From positions 43,467,067 to 43,531,066 of the forward strand of contig NC_068984.1 in assembly GCF_001194135.2 (NCBI RefSeq): a stretch of DNA of 64,000 nt, written 5' to 3'. The notes below the pieces were generated by a model that saw nothing but the letters and a program-made list of their open reading frames with translations, did no database searches and was not told where the DNA came from. This DNA is from Octopus bimaculoides. Taxonomy: Eukaryota. The translations under genes were made by a program, and so were the position numbers. Shown here piece by piece: positions 1 to 13,766 of this stretch. Positions within the stretch are counted from its first letter, which is position 1, and each line of letters opens with the position of its first letter.

Positions 1-159
1 TATATATATATGTATATATATATATATATATTATATTATATTATATTATATTATATCATTATAAGATTGTAAATAAAATGTGAAAATCAAAGTTGGAATT
101 TCTTTGAGTAATATATTCTTCTATACACAAGCATACACACCTGTGTATATATATCATCA

Positions 160-540
160 TCATCATCAGGCTCAATCTGATCATGTAAAGTTTCTACTAC
201 TGGATGCCCTTCCTAACGTCAACCACTCCGAGAGTGTGGTGGGTGCTTTTATGTGCCAGTCAAGCAATTTTGGTAACAACCATGCTCAAATAGTGTTTTT
301 TACATGCTACCTGCACGGGAGCCAGTCCGGCGGCACTGGCAACGACCACAGTCGATTGTTGCTTTTCATGTGCCACCGGCACATGTGCCGGTAAGATGAT
401 GCTGGCAATGGTCATGCTCGAATGGTACTTTTCACATGTCACCAGCACAGGAGCCAATCTGTGGCCCTGGCAACAATCACACTCAGAAGTGCTTTTAACA
501 TTCCACTGGCACAAGTGCCAATCAGGCGGTACGTCAGTGA
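160..540 (-). mobile_element. Family C (GAT)n-tailed retroposon fragment
   Basis: GGATGCCCTTCCTAAC..CAACCACT..AGAGTG...GGTGCTTTT block recurring about 13 times in the window. Confidence 0.7.
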
Positions 541-569
541 TTATACATACATATACATAAATATACACA

Positions 570-600
<31 letters not shown>

Positions 601-635
601 CATGCATGCATATATATATATATATATACATTCAA

Positions 636-673
<38 letters not shown>

Positions 674-762
674 TTATATAAAATTATAATACAGGGTACA
701 TATATTTGTATATACATATACATATATATATGCATATATATATATATATACACAATATATAT

Positions 763-793
<31 letters not shown>

Positions 794-858
794 CACAATA
801 TATATACACACACATATATACATATATACGTACATGCATATATACATATATACATACA

Positions 859-898
<40 letters not shown>

Positions 899-905
899 TA
901 CATGC
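540..905. repeat. Compound (TA)/(CA) microsatellite
   Basis: Read directly. Confidence 0.95.
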
Positions 906-2829
906 ATATATGTACTCATACGATCATAAGATCATGTTTGATTCTGGGACTGAGTGGTGCAGTGCATTGTGTCCTTGAGCAAGTTACTTCATTTCATGTT
1001 GCTCCAGTCTGCTTACTTGAAAATGAATACCAATGAAGTGCAGGTACAGCTCTATCTCTTACTCCAGCTGACAAGTTTTTGATATTCTGCTAGATCCAGT
1101 TTGGGAAGGCTGAGCTGGTGTCTGTGTCTAATTGGAACTGCAAACCATTTAATGTGAAAGTATAGCACATGCTACTAAGTCATACTTGCTCACGAGTGGT
1201 GACCATGGTTTAAGACATACAGACATACATATATACTTATATATCTGTGTGTGTGTATATATATATATGTATATGTATGTGTGTATGAATACAAAGAAGT
1301 AACAAAAATGTACAGCTGTCAACTCATTTATNNNNNNNNNNNNNNNNNNNNNNNNNNNNNNNNNNNNNNNNNNNNNNNNNNNNNNNNNNNNNNNNNNNNN
1401 NNNNNNNNNNNNNNNNNNNNNNNNNNNNNNNNNNNNNNNNNNNNNNNNNNNNNNNNNNNNNNNNNNNNNNNNNNNNNNNNNNNNNNNNNNNNNNNNNNNN
1501 NNNNNNNNNNNNNNNNNNNNNNNNNNNNNNNNNNNNNNNNNNNNNNNNNNNNNNNNNNNNNNNNNNNNNNNNNNNNNNNNNNNNNNNNNNNNNNNNNNNN
1601 NNNNNNNNNNNNNNNNNNNNNNNNNATATATATATATATTTATATATTGTATCCTGCCAAGCCTACCTTGTTTCCTGTTACCATGCATCCTCACTCCTCA
1701 TATACCTATTGCTCACTCCACACCCTCATCTCATCTCTCATTGCTTATCATCTTTCATCTTCTGCATCTGTGCTCTCCACATAGCCACTGCATTTCATTC
1801 TACTCTCATCAACTGTTGCTTAGTCTCAATATAAGGAACGTCATAGCACTACTCTCACCTCCATACCCAATACACACTGTCTTGGTCATGTTGTGCCATC
1901 CACAAACATTCCCATTCCTCTGGTTGCCTCAGCTGCCACCCAACACTTACTCTTACTTTTGTTCACCTCTGCTATTGCTAATCACTCCTCATCTGACTCC
2001 ATTACCACATATCCCTGCCTTATACTTCTATCATTCCCTTGCCCTTTCCACCCTCTCACTCATACTTGTTCCTGTGGTGCTTAGCTCTCTTTTCTCTCTC
2101 TCTTTCTTTCTGTCTCTTCTTATTCTCTCCTAATCAAATGTACATATAGGCTATAGATACTCTCAACATTCACACTACTATACCCCTCTCTTAGCACTCC
2201 ATTTCTGGCCTTTTTGCTGCCATTGCTACTTCTCATATTCCTCTCCTAAGATTACATACCTTAGTTTACAGAGCACTCTTGTGTTAGTGACACAAGTAAA
2301 GGCATCCAACAAACTCTGTAAAGTAGTTGGCAACAGGAAAGGTATACAGCTGTAGAAACCTAGCCAAAAGAAAAGTATGATTGCTAGTCATCGGGTGCCA
2401 TAAATCTCAATTAGAAATGAATTAAATTGTGATGACCTGTCCAACCCATGCTAGTTTGGAAGCAGTCATAAAATGATGATGTTGCTGAGCTATACATACA
2501 TACATACATACATACATACATACATACATACATACATACATACTGTTGTGTCGACACCCTCAGACGATGAAGTGGGCTAGCCCAATACATAGATATAGAG
2601 GGAGAAATCTAGACGTTGCAGTAGTTGAGTAGAGGTCATCTGTACGTGTGATATAACACATACATAACTTTATAATCATAACTTTATAGAACTACATACT
2701 AGCCAAAAAACTGTGCTCCAGACAGTCTTGCATCTACATCCTACGTAGGGCTAAAGTAAGACAGTAAAATTGAAGAACCTATAAAAAAGAAGACATGAGA
2801 TAATGTCAATAATTCTTTATTTGCATAAA

Positions 2830-3450
2830 TATAATTTATCATGTGAAAATTTGTCAAGTCAAAACTTCACCCGATTTTTTGGAGCCTTATTAATAATTAG
2901 TGTTGATTTTTTAGTGATTTGTCCAGTCTCAAACTTAACTTGATCACATCAAATCAAAACTTCACTGGATTTTTTCTCATCTTTGTACTGAAATCCACAG
3001 GTGTATGCTATTCTGTCTTTTGATTTATTTTCTGATTATCATTTTTCCTCACTTCTGATCTTGCTTTGTTGCCTTTCTATTTCCATAACAGTATGTACAG
3101 CTTTTCTAATGTTTCAGTGAAAAGAAATATAATTGAAACCATTTGCAAATTCTGAACAGCTTGAAAGTAAAAATTGAGTTGGTTCATGAGGCAAACGAAA
3201 TTTTTCTTTTTGGAGAAAAGGCCTCAATATGAGAAAACTGGCAATCACTTCATGTTCCATGGATTTCATCTGGAGGGAAAGGATTTGATCAATAAAAAAA
3301 TTGCTACACAAAGACATTTTATCCAAAACCAACATAAAGAGTGCTTAACTGTGAAAGCAAATGTAAAAGTTAAAGGGGTTCCAAACACATTGATTATTCT
3401 CACTGCTTGCCATTCAATTCCTGGATAAGTAAAATATTATTCTCCCAACA
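2830..3450 (+). mobile_element. Possible degraded hAT-like transposase C-terminal remnant
   Basis: Frameshifted SFWRK...RKLA...LHVP..SS...LTVKAN resembles the hAT dimerisation domain; weak. Confidence 0.3.
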
Positions 3451-3841
3451 ATATTTAGTTGGTTTGTTCTCTATACTTCTGCTTCCATTGTGTTACTTCT
3501 TTGTTTATATTTTGCTGGCTGTAGGAACTAAAGGTGGGCTGAATTTATACTGCAGTCTGGTGGCTCAAAGGAGCAAAGGGATGAGTCCACAAACCACGAA
3601 ACCATGCAGAAACAGAAAAATTTGAATTTATGAGTATAAGAAAATATGAAAGTGTGTATACATTGTCTGTACACCTATTTTTTTTTTTTTACCTCCTTTG
3701 TCTATAAGCCAAGAAGTCATGCAGACACATGCAGTCCATTTAGTTGTATAAATATATTTATATGTGAGTAGGTTTACAATATATGTCTATTATCTATCTA
3801 TATATGTCTATATTGCATGTATATATTTATATATGTGTGTG

Positions 3842-3878
<37 letters not shown>

Positions 3879-3929
3879 TATATTGTATGCATATATATAT
3901 GTCTGTGTGTGTGTGTGTAAATGCATAAG

Positions 3930-4325
3930 GGGTATGGCTGTGTATAGGAACAGATATACTTATGTGGTCAAGAAGTTTCACTTTCAGTACCACTATATGG
4001 CATCTTGGGTAAATGTCTTCTTTGGCCAACCAAAATAAGCTTTGGTTGTAGAATTGGTTGATGGAAACTGAAAAGAAACTGCTTTGCATGTGTGTTTCTG
4101 TGTGTCTCATCTCTTGTCTTGACATCATGTGATGGTTGTAAGCTAGTGTCACTGTCAGAAAAAGTGGTGCCCTTCATTTCCAATCTGCTCAGAAAATATG
4201 CTTGGCCATGGGGAAATATTATGTTGCTTGGAAACAGGTGAGGTATCCAGTCATAGAAAATCTGTCACTAAACATTTCATCTGACACATGCAAGCAAAGA
4301 AGAGAGAGAGTTCAAATGATGATAC
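3930..4325 (+). mobile_element. SINE with a family A-type head, a different body and a GAT tail
   Basis: Diverged A head; body also present inverted at about 33180-33390. Confidence 0.6.
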
Positions 4326-5339
4326 ATATATATTTATAAACAAATACATCCTCTCATTTATCAGTGATCACCCTTTTTCTCTTGTTCACCATTTACTACT
4401 TCCTCACCTCATCTCTACCCAACCTGCCATCAGCTATTTTCCACTACTTTCCCTCTATGTATTTATCATCAACCACTCCTCAGATCTTGTTCTTCATTGT
4501 ATTTTCCCCTCATCCATTCCCCCACCTCTAACATTCCCTCAGTTTCCTCATACACACTTGCAATCTTTACCAGCTATAGAAACCATGCCAAAACACACAT
4601 TGGAGCAAGATGCAGTCCTCAAACTGATTAGATCCTATTGAGTCATCCAATCCAGGCTAATATGAAAAATGGACAGGAATAACTTCCATTGAGTTAAATA
4701 GAAGATTGAAATGGACTCCCGCACTACTTCAGGTGCAGAGATGGAGCAATGCCCACCTCTTTTGCTGCACCATCTGGAGAATCAGAGACCAAAGAAATGA
4801 CCTCCCAAATATCAAATGGAGCAGTTTTTACAAGATTTCTCCTTATTCAACTGACTTTCATAACTTCCAGCTCTGCCCCTGTGAGAAACTGCATGTACAC
4901 TTGCAGTATGTAATATTAACAATGGGAAAACCATCACATCTTATTGTTGTCACCAGAAGTATGCCCTATTATAGAAATTCAAGCCTGCTACTGGTAACTT
5001 AGATATAACACCTTAAGTCTGACTGGCCTACAGAAAATTGCACTGTACATAATTCCCTGCAGCTTGTAGTAAGTTTATTGTTCACCCAGTGTACTATATA
5101 TGTGTGGACTCCTATCATTTAGCTATGTTTAAACTACACATCCATGCAAACTGATATGCAATATATAACCTCCGAACAGTTTCTTCCACATGTGGAAATG
5201 CCTAACCCTACCAAACACTGACTAGCTATTTGTTCTACCACATGGTGCATGTATTGCAAAACCTTTTGTCGATGGCTAGTTGAAACAACCATATGATCTG
5301 TACTAAACAATAGAGGTCACAATATTCTCACCTTGAAAA

Positions 5340-5714
5340 CATTTAAAAATTTCAGTTCTATATTTAAGAGATGAGGAATTATTTACATTATTTACATTAT
5401 TTACATTTGACGGATATTTGTCCTCATCTTGTTTGTTGTTAACACAACATTTCGGCTGATATACCCTCCAGCCTTCGTCAGGTGTCTTGGAGAAATTTTG
5501 AACCTGGGTTCTCATTCCTAACGATGTTACTATTATTATATTATTATTATTATTACTATTATTAATCAGGTCGCTGCAGTGAATCGAACTCGGAATCTTG
5601 GGGTTAGTAGCCCGTGCTCTTAACCACTACACCATATGCCTGTGGGCATATGGCGTAGTGGTTAACAACAAACAAGATGAGGACAAATATCCGTCAAATG
5701 TAAATAATGTAAAT
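5340..5714 (-). mobile_element. Fold-back tRNA-headed element carrying a hammerhead; right arm internally deleted
   Basis: 54-bp perfect inverted repeats 5390-5443 and 5661-5714; central 20-bp-arm hairpin 5621-5664; A box TGGTGTAGTGG and B box GAGTTCGATTC on the minus strand. Confidence 0.8.
5441..5486 (-). ncRNA. Minimal type I hammerhead ribozyme motif (Penelope/retrozyme-like)
   Basis: Minus strand GACAC-CUGACGA-A-GGCUG(GAGGGUAUAU)CAGCC-GAA-AUGU-U-GUGUU: full core, 5-bp stems I and II, stem III reduced to 4 nt. Confidence 0.72.
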
Positions 5715-6239
5715 TTTAAAATTTCTTTTAAATTCTATTCACTCTGATTCCAAAAATCTCATGATGTGGACATGATCTGTGCTCATGATATTTTGAGTAA
5801 TGTGGAGCTAAATCAACCTGTAATTAAATATTTAAAACTTCAAACTATGCTGAGTGCTACTTCAAGTTTCCTATTTTCTTACCTTTGTTTACCTACTTGT
5901 ATATATGCATGCATATACATACGGTTGTATGTATGTATGTATTTGTGTATATGTATGTATATATGTCTCTTTCTCTCTACCTTTCCCTCTACACATTATT
6001 AATTTGTTTAAGATTTGTTGATCAGTTGGTGATGGGACTTTTTACATGTGTATATATGTGTGCACACATGTGTGGCAGTTTCTTTAAGCATTTTTTTGTA
6101 TGCCTGACATTTATTTAGGGAAATATTTCTGTTTATGAGAGTTTGACAGTGTATAGTCTTCAGGCTTTGGTATGCTGTTGTGTATATCTGGGATGGGTGT
6201 TTGTTATTTTATCAGTGAATATAGAATGCAAATATACAA

Positions 6240-6270
<31 letters not shown>

Positions 6271-6400
6271 TGTATGTATGTATGTATGTATGTATGTATG
6301 CATGTATGTATGTATGTATGTATGTATGTGTGCATATGTGTATGTATGTATGTATGTATGTATGTATGTATGTATGTATGTATGTATGTATACATACATA
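6240..6400. repeat. (TATG)n microsatellite
   Basis: Read directly. Confidence 0.95.
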
Positions 6401-7041
6401 TATAAATAATGTAGATAGGGTTAAAATCCAAGCTGTATCATTTTGAAGCATATCTGCTTATTCCAGAGTTCCAATTCTGTATGTGGTTGTTATATTTATG
6501 TGAGGTATGCATAAGAGTTGAAAATTTTGGAAATATTGTTTGCAGAGCAATTTTTAAATCAACATAGGAAATTGGAAAAGATTTTGGTTTTATATATTCA
6601 CCATTACATATGTTTCATTTGCTAATAGGAGTTACAAAATTGTACATGTAGAATAAATATGTTAGAAATTCTTCCGACAGAGGATCAAATAATATTATTT
6701 GATTCTCTGTCTAAAAAATTTCCAATAAGATATTTCTTACATGTTTATCCTACATGTACAGTTTTGTAATTATTATTAGCAAATGTAACATGTCTAATGA
6801 TGAATAAATAACACCCAAAACTTCTCCAATCTCCTGTTTTGATATATATGTATATATATATATATATTTATGTACAGTACATGATATGCTATAGAAGCTC
6901 ATCCAATTACTGCACTATCTAGGCATGAAACCTGAAGTGGATCATGTATAACGCCTCTATTCATTAAATGATATTTCTCTCTCACTGCATTGAGTGCTTT
7001 TTTGCTGATGCCACTAACAGGTAAGTGGTGCGCTGTGCATG

Positions 7042-7095
<54 letters not shown>

Positions 7096-7329
7096 TGCAT
7101 GTATGTATGTGTGTATGTATGTATGTGTGTGTGTGTTTGTATGCATGCAAGCGTGTTCTTCAAGTGGCTGCACTAGAAATGCTAGGAATATCTGTCCCCA
7201 TTACCTTTAGTAAATCCTCAATTTCATGTGTTTCTTTGCTAATAAAATCATTGAAGTTGAACTGTCTACATCCTATATTCGGATGTGGAAGTTCCCAAAA
7301 CTGAATATCTGATATGGCCTGTTGACCAG

Positions 7330-7680
7330 CACAATATCAGTGCACAGTAAAGCATGTCTCCTTGCCCTTGACTATACTGACGGTCTTGCCTCTAACATAT
7401 CTCAACTGTTTGATGCGCTAAACTTAGCATCTCATGAGAGTGCTGCTGCTTTTGTTCCTCAGAACAATGAAGACTGAATATAAGATCTTTAATGTACATG
7501 AATGCCACCTACTAATTTTGTTCCAGGTATGGCGCACAGTGCAAGGGAGTCAGTGACTTCACATACCTTGGCTTCTATATAATTGCGAGTGAAATGGACT
7601 TCCAAACATGCAAGTAAGTAGCCTGTAGTGCTGGACACAAATTTCATAAACCTGGCAGTCAAATATTTCAAAGCCAACAA
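7330..7680 (+). mobile_element. Degraded RTE-clade LINE reverse transcriptase fragment
   Basis: LDYTDGLA (YADD-like) and VSDFTYLGFYIIASEMDF motifs. Confidence 0.6.
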
Positions 7681-8031
7681 AGCTAGCCCTTTTTAGGGCA
7701 TGTGCAAAAAGCATTCTTACATACATATATTTGTGTAATATTCAACCAACAAAACACTACGCGTATGTCATGACTTTTGAATGATTGGCAGATGTAAACC
7801 AGCACACAGATACATACATATGCATGCTCATACATGCACATACATACACATGCGTGCACAACATGGTCCTTTTTTTAAAATTTTCCACCTACCAGAACCA
7901 ATCAGAAATCTTTGGTCAGTCCGGAGCTATAACTGAAGACACTTATCTAAATGGAATCAAAACCAAAATTTCATGGCTGCATAGTTGCAAAGCAAAAGTT
8001 CTTAACTACACAAACGTATAAATATATAGTT

Positions 8032-8079
<48 letters not shown>

Positions 8080-8894
8080 TGTGCACACATATATACACAC
8101 ATGCTCACATACATACGTTATATTTATAGAGCCCCCTTTTAAGTGCACGGCATATTACCATTGAGTTAGAACTCCGTACATTCCATTGCACACAAAAAAG
8201 GATGCCTGGCAATGAGAATTCGTGTTGCTACACATATAATTCCGTATTACAGGCTTGTCGGCTATAATGGTCATTGAATATGGATAAGAAGTACAAGTTA
8301 GAAGAAAATAGTGTTAAGTCATTTATTTATAACATGTTTTATTAAATTTCGGTTTGCATTTACCCTATGATTACATAAGAGTAATCTTATATAACCTTTC
8401 TGCAGATATAATTTTTATCTTGTGTAATCATAGCGTATGTCTCACTGAAACGTGTGTAAAGATGTTATAAATAAATAATTCAACGTCTTATACTCTTGTC
8501 TTGTACCTTTTTCTCTGTGTGTTTATAATATATATATATATATGTATGTACNNNNNNNNNNNNNNNNNNNNNNNNNNNNNNNNNNNNNNNNNNNNNNNNN
8601 NNNNNNNNNNNNNNNNNNNNNNNNNNNNNNNNNNNNNNNNNNNNNNNNNNNNNNNNNNNNNNNNNNNNNNNNNNNNNNNNNNNNNNNNNNNNNNNNNNNN
8701 NNNNNNNNNNNNNNNNNNNNNNNNNNNNNNNTGTGTACATATATATATGTATGTATATTATATATATATATATATATATATCTATATATATATATATGAC
8801 AACAAGCACACACACATACACACACATTGGTGAGTTGAGTTTGGCTTTATGTCTGAGAGAGTTACTACATAAGAAATCTTCAAAGAAATCTGCA

Positions 8895-9065
8895 AAGGAA
8901 ATATTTAGCTAACAGTAAATGACTACAGTTGGCATTTGTGGACTTAGAGAAGACCTTTGGCAAGGTTCCACTGTCAATACTTTTGCTGTCATTAATGTAA
9001 CTAGATGCAACGGAATGGTTTCTGAAGGTTGAACAGGCTATGTACAAAGGTGCAGTCCATCATTA
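8895..9065 (+). mobile_element. RTE-clade LINE reverse transcriptase fragment
   Basis: KYLANSK*LQLAFVDLEKTFGKVP...EWFLKVEQAMYKGA. Confidence 0.75.
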
Positions 9066-9159
9066 ATAATGTTATGGCCTAGGATATTAAATAAATCAAT
9101 AAACTCCAGAGTTTGGCACACCTGTTGGAATTGCTCCTGCTATATGTCACTAATAACCA

Positions 9160-10900
9160 CTACATTTGTCTTTTCCTTGCTAATCTGAAGACCAATCTTT
9201 GAGCTGTTGTTGCTAAGTTGTGGCACTAAGGAATCCAAGATCGTCCACAAAGTCAAGGTCTATGAGTCTTCCTTGCTTCCATCAATGCCATGTACTGCAT
9301 CTTTCATGGACTTTCTCTTAATAAAATCAACCATCATCAGGAAGGAAAAAGTGTGTAGTACACATTCTTGGTGCACCTCCATGTTCTTATCTTCGATCCT
9401 AATGCAGCAACGTGTTTTTGCAAAGTGATAGCATGATGTTGATATAACGAGAGGCCTTCCATATCATGACAATCTCCCATAGAGACTACTTGTGCTTTTT
9501 ATGAAAGTCTTTTTACCATAAGCGGCTGGATTTCCAGCTCAGCTCAGTGATGTTGTGTAATGTGAGGATTTGTTAGTCATGTGTCTTTCTGCTCCTGAAC
9601 CCCACTGTTCCTCACATACTTTTTTTTGTCAACTACACTCTTCAGACAGCTAAAATGCACAATATTTTGGCAGGGTAAAGCAGCAGGGTTCTTCCACGCC
9701 AGTTGCTGCAGTCATTGAGAACACCTTTGTTGAGCAGTGTTACAATCACTCAGCCACCCAAGCCTCTACCACTTCTCCTTTGCGTCACATCAAGTTACAA
9801 AGATGTTCTAGCTCTTTTTGCAGTTACATTACCTCTATGTTTAAGTAATAGCAAAGTCACCTCAACTAGCCCTGTTGCCTTGTTCTTTCGATTTCGAATG
9901 GTTTTGAAATGTTACATGCAGATGATATATTGAAGACCTCTCTTAAAGGAAATCAAAGTTGTCTCCTAGGTCCAGCTGTTTCAGTACATTTTGTAAATGT
10001 TTCACACACTGGTTAATTGCTCTTCACTCATCATCAATGTTTGACTGTCCTTTTTCTTAATTTGTTACACATGAATTAGTTCTTGTTCTTGTCTGCTCTT
10101 TCATGATTTCATACAGATATTTTCTATAATTTATCACTGTTACATCTTCTGCCTCTTTGTCTTCTTCCTCCAGTCAGATCACCTACAAGTATTCATGAGG
10201 TATCTGTATTCATTGTCTTGTTGCTTCCACATGCATTCAACCTTCGTTTTGTCTCCTTTGTTTTTTAGGTCTTTTCTGCTGTTGATCAAGTTCCACATAA
10301 CTGTGGTGATGTTCCTGGATGCTACCCTCCACCTCAAAGTATCTCGTCAGCATGTGGTGTGATATGCTGGAAATGATACAATCCCTCAATATCAGACACA
10401 CACATTCTTTCTCTCTTTCTCTCTCTGATTTAGTTAAGAGTCATGCCAACAGCAGCTCCTCACACTTGCATTCATCCAAAATGAATTGTCAGCTTTGCAG
10501 AAGATCACACATTTGGACATAAAATCCAGCAGTGGTCTACTGGTGTCATTGGAGCTGAATGCATCTTGTTTTTTTTTTTATATGTGACTTCACCCAGATG
10601 ACTAGACTGGCTTTTAAAAATGTAATGAGACCTCAGACTGTGGCTGAGATTATCTTTGGAGCCTTGGTTTTCAGAGCTTCAACATCCTGCTGCTTTCTGG
10701 CTTTGTTTTACTATTTAATGATCAATTTCAATTTTGTTACACTGCATGTTCTTAATTATGGATGATTATTTGCTGGTAGTTTAAAGAAAATGAGATGGCA
10801 TTTGACATCAGCCAGAAGATTGCATCCAGACAGCATTAGTAAGATGTCAGCTCTGGATAGCAGGAAAAAGTATAAATTTGAGGAACTTGTGGAAGCCAAA
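9160..10900 (-). mobile_element. Long degraded RTE-clade LINE (reverse transcriptase and upstream region)
   Basis: Minus-strand remnants VHQECVL...FLMMVDFIKRKS and ...KIGLQIS; heavily stopped and frameshifted; upstream limit approximate. Confidence 0.6.
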
Positions 10901-11862
10901 TTTATATCTTTATGCCAAAACGGAAATTTTTACTCTCAGCACACACAAAAGAAAATTCTCATTTAGACACTTGATAATCCACATACACCACTTTCATCAA
11001 AGTATAAGATTTAATTTTGTCTCATAAACGTTTTGTGCTGTTAACATTTTGCTCCAAAGCAGGTTTTGTAAGTTTATATTATATATATACATAAGTTTAT
11101 CATTTCCATTACCTGTTATTTTTCTGGTAAAATTTTCCCTAAAACCTTCCAAAATTTCACTTTTTCTGAATCTTTTCTTCCTCAAATCTCTCTCCCTATC
11201 TCTCCTCTCTCATTTTGCCATTATTATTTTCGTAGGTGTGAGTGTGTGTATGTTTATGTACCACAAACAAACAACATTACATGGAAGCAAACTACTTCTC
11301 CAATAGTTAGAGCACATAAATTCTTCAATAAACTAAGAAAAGTAATATATTTTTCAACTCCAAATTTCTTGCATGCATACCTTGAATGAAATATAACTTT
11401 CAAAAAGCCATAATAATAGCTTCAGAAATTCTAGTACAGCATAGGCATAAGCAAACCTTGCAGTTTGCCGAGAGTCCAAATATGTTTTATATATTATCTG
11501 GAATGGAAACTAGTAGTTATTGCCCTTATGAGGAGGATTTAAATAATTTTCTCAATCAATAATACACATTCTCTTATCTGTCTATTTATCTATTTACATA
11601 TACATTAGTGTGTGTGTGTGTGTGTATGTGTGTATATGTATGTAGGTGTGTGTGTGTGTATATATATATGTATGTAGGTGTGTGTGTGTGTGTTATTTTG
11701 CCTGAATAGTGATTATTTGCCTGAAGATCTGTGCCTGCAGGTGAAAATCATTGTGGCAAGAGGCTGACTCAACCAAAATATTAAAAAAATCTGTAATTTC
11801 TACCATGATACTAAGTACACATTTTTCCAACAGTAAATATTAAATATACACGTACATGTGTG

Positions 11863-11864
<2 letters not shown>

Positions 11865-11956
<92 letters not shown>
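11865..11956. repeat. (CA)n microsatellite
   Basis: Read directly. Confidence 0.95.
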
Positions 11957-11958
<2 letters not shown>

Positions 11959-12823
11959 ACGCACAAACACACGCATAAACAATGCCATGCTATGTCACGA
12001 ATCCTTGACAACTTGATGGATTTACAGGGCAGCATTCTGACATACAGCTTGTCACAGGCATTTTAAAACCTTTTGGAGACCATCCATCTCCAGCTTTGAT
12101 TACAGCTGATTTCTTCTAGAAAGAGGACAGATACACTAACAGAAAAAAATTATTGCAAATAGCTTTACTTATTGACCCCCCAAAAGGATGAAAGACAAAG
12201 TTGACTTTGGCAGGATTTGAAATCAGAGCAGAGAGAGCCATAACAATTAGAGCAAAACATTGTATCTTACCCTGTAATGACCCTGCCAATTGGTTGCTAC
12301 ACACAAAAACAACTCTCTGAACAGTGCAAATGAGAAGTTAAGCAAAACATGTAAGGTGTGTCAATATATGGAAAAAAAAAAAAAAAAAAAAAAAAAAGAA
12401 GTATTACTATACATAGTTTGGTTATTGGTTTCTAAAATATTTCAGGAAAGATTTCCAGTTCCAAATTGAAGAAAGGAAGTAATAAAGAAATTCTGAGAAA
12501 TGTTTTGTTACTACCAACCTATTCTATTTGAAAAGATGAATCTTTCCCAAAATGTTACTGGATCACTAAACAATCTATGTACTATAAAGTAATATATTTT
12601 CCCTTTATTTTCATTTTCATTTGCTGGTATCACCTCATATATTTTGCCTAATTTTTCATACATGCATTGCACAAAAATATTTTTTATCAAACATTTATAT
12701 AATTTACACACATTGCTATGCATAATATATATATATACAAATATATGTATATGAGTATGTAAGTGTATATATATATATGTATACTCATACAAATATATGT
12801 ATATGTTTGTATATATGAATAAA

Positions 12824-12865
<42 letters not shown>

Positions 12866-13721
12866 TATACAGATATCTCAGGTTTCTATCAATTAGGTCC
12901 CTTCAACCCATTCATCTATCATTCATCTTTCCATCATTCTCTCTTTTTACAATGTCACTGAACTAATCTTCTGGTATGATCAAGGATGACAGTAGGCCAC
13001 TTACCTTTAGTGCAGCTAGGTGTCACTAGACCTAATTGTCCTTCACATTTCTCCAATACCCAAACCTTCATTTCTCTAGCTCTCTTGTCTCTACATCTGT
13101 CATTTATCTACCATATACTACCCATCATACTGACACCTTTTCCACCAAATACTTTTCTTAAATCACTCCATTTTATAATTTCACTCATTTGATTGCCTCT
13201 CCCATCTAACCTGATTCTTCTATCATCACTGTGATTCTCTATTCAGCACCTCATCTCTGTAGCCCTGAGTGAACAAACACATGAAGTGGTCAGGTTTCAC
13301 TAATCATTTAGGGTGCTAGACAACCTCACTTGAGTTGGTGCCTCTATAATTCACTTCAGGAAAATGGGAAAAGTGGCAGAAGAGAGAGTAGAGATATGGA
13401 GGATAGAGGTTCCTTTAGTTTTATTAAGGACATGACAGAATGCACCTAATATACTCTGTTGAGTGTGGTATCATGAGAAATCTTCAGTTTCGTTGAAGAC
13501 ATAACGAATTCTCAAACAAAATGCTGGTGCTATGACAAAATGAATTCAGTGCACACTATCAAGACAAGGAAACACACACACACACACACACACACGTATA
13601 TATATTTCTGTACATATGTGCATGTACATATGTTTATATATCCATATATATGCATGTATATACATATAAGTTTGTGAATATGTGTATAATCATTTATATA
13701 TATATATATTTATATATATGT

Positions 13722-13766
<45 letters not shown>

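Noticed and set aside
5570-5640. Functional tRNA gene
   Set aside because: A and B boxes are present but no proper acceptor stem can be formed; like the other tRNA-like heads it is element-derived.
6980-7310. Plus-strand donor CAG|gtaagt at 7020 and a minus-strand frame DFISKETHEIEDLLK
   Set aside because: No consistent acceptor and phase partner; adjacent to degraded RTE sequence.
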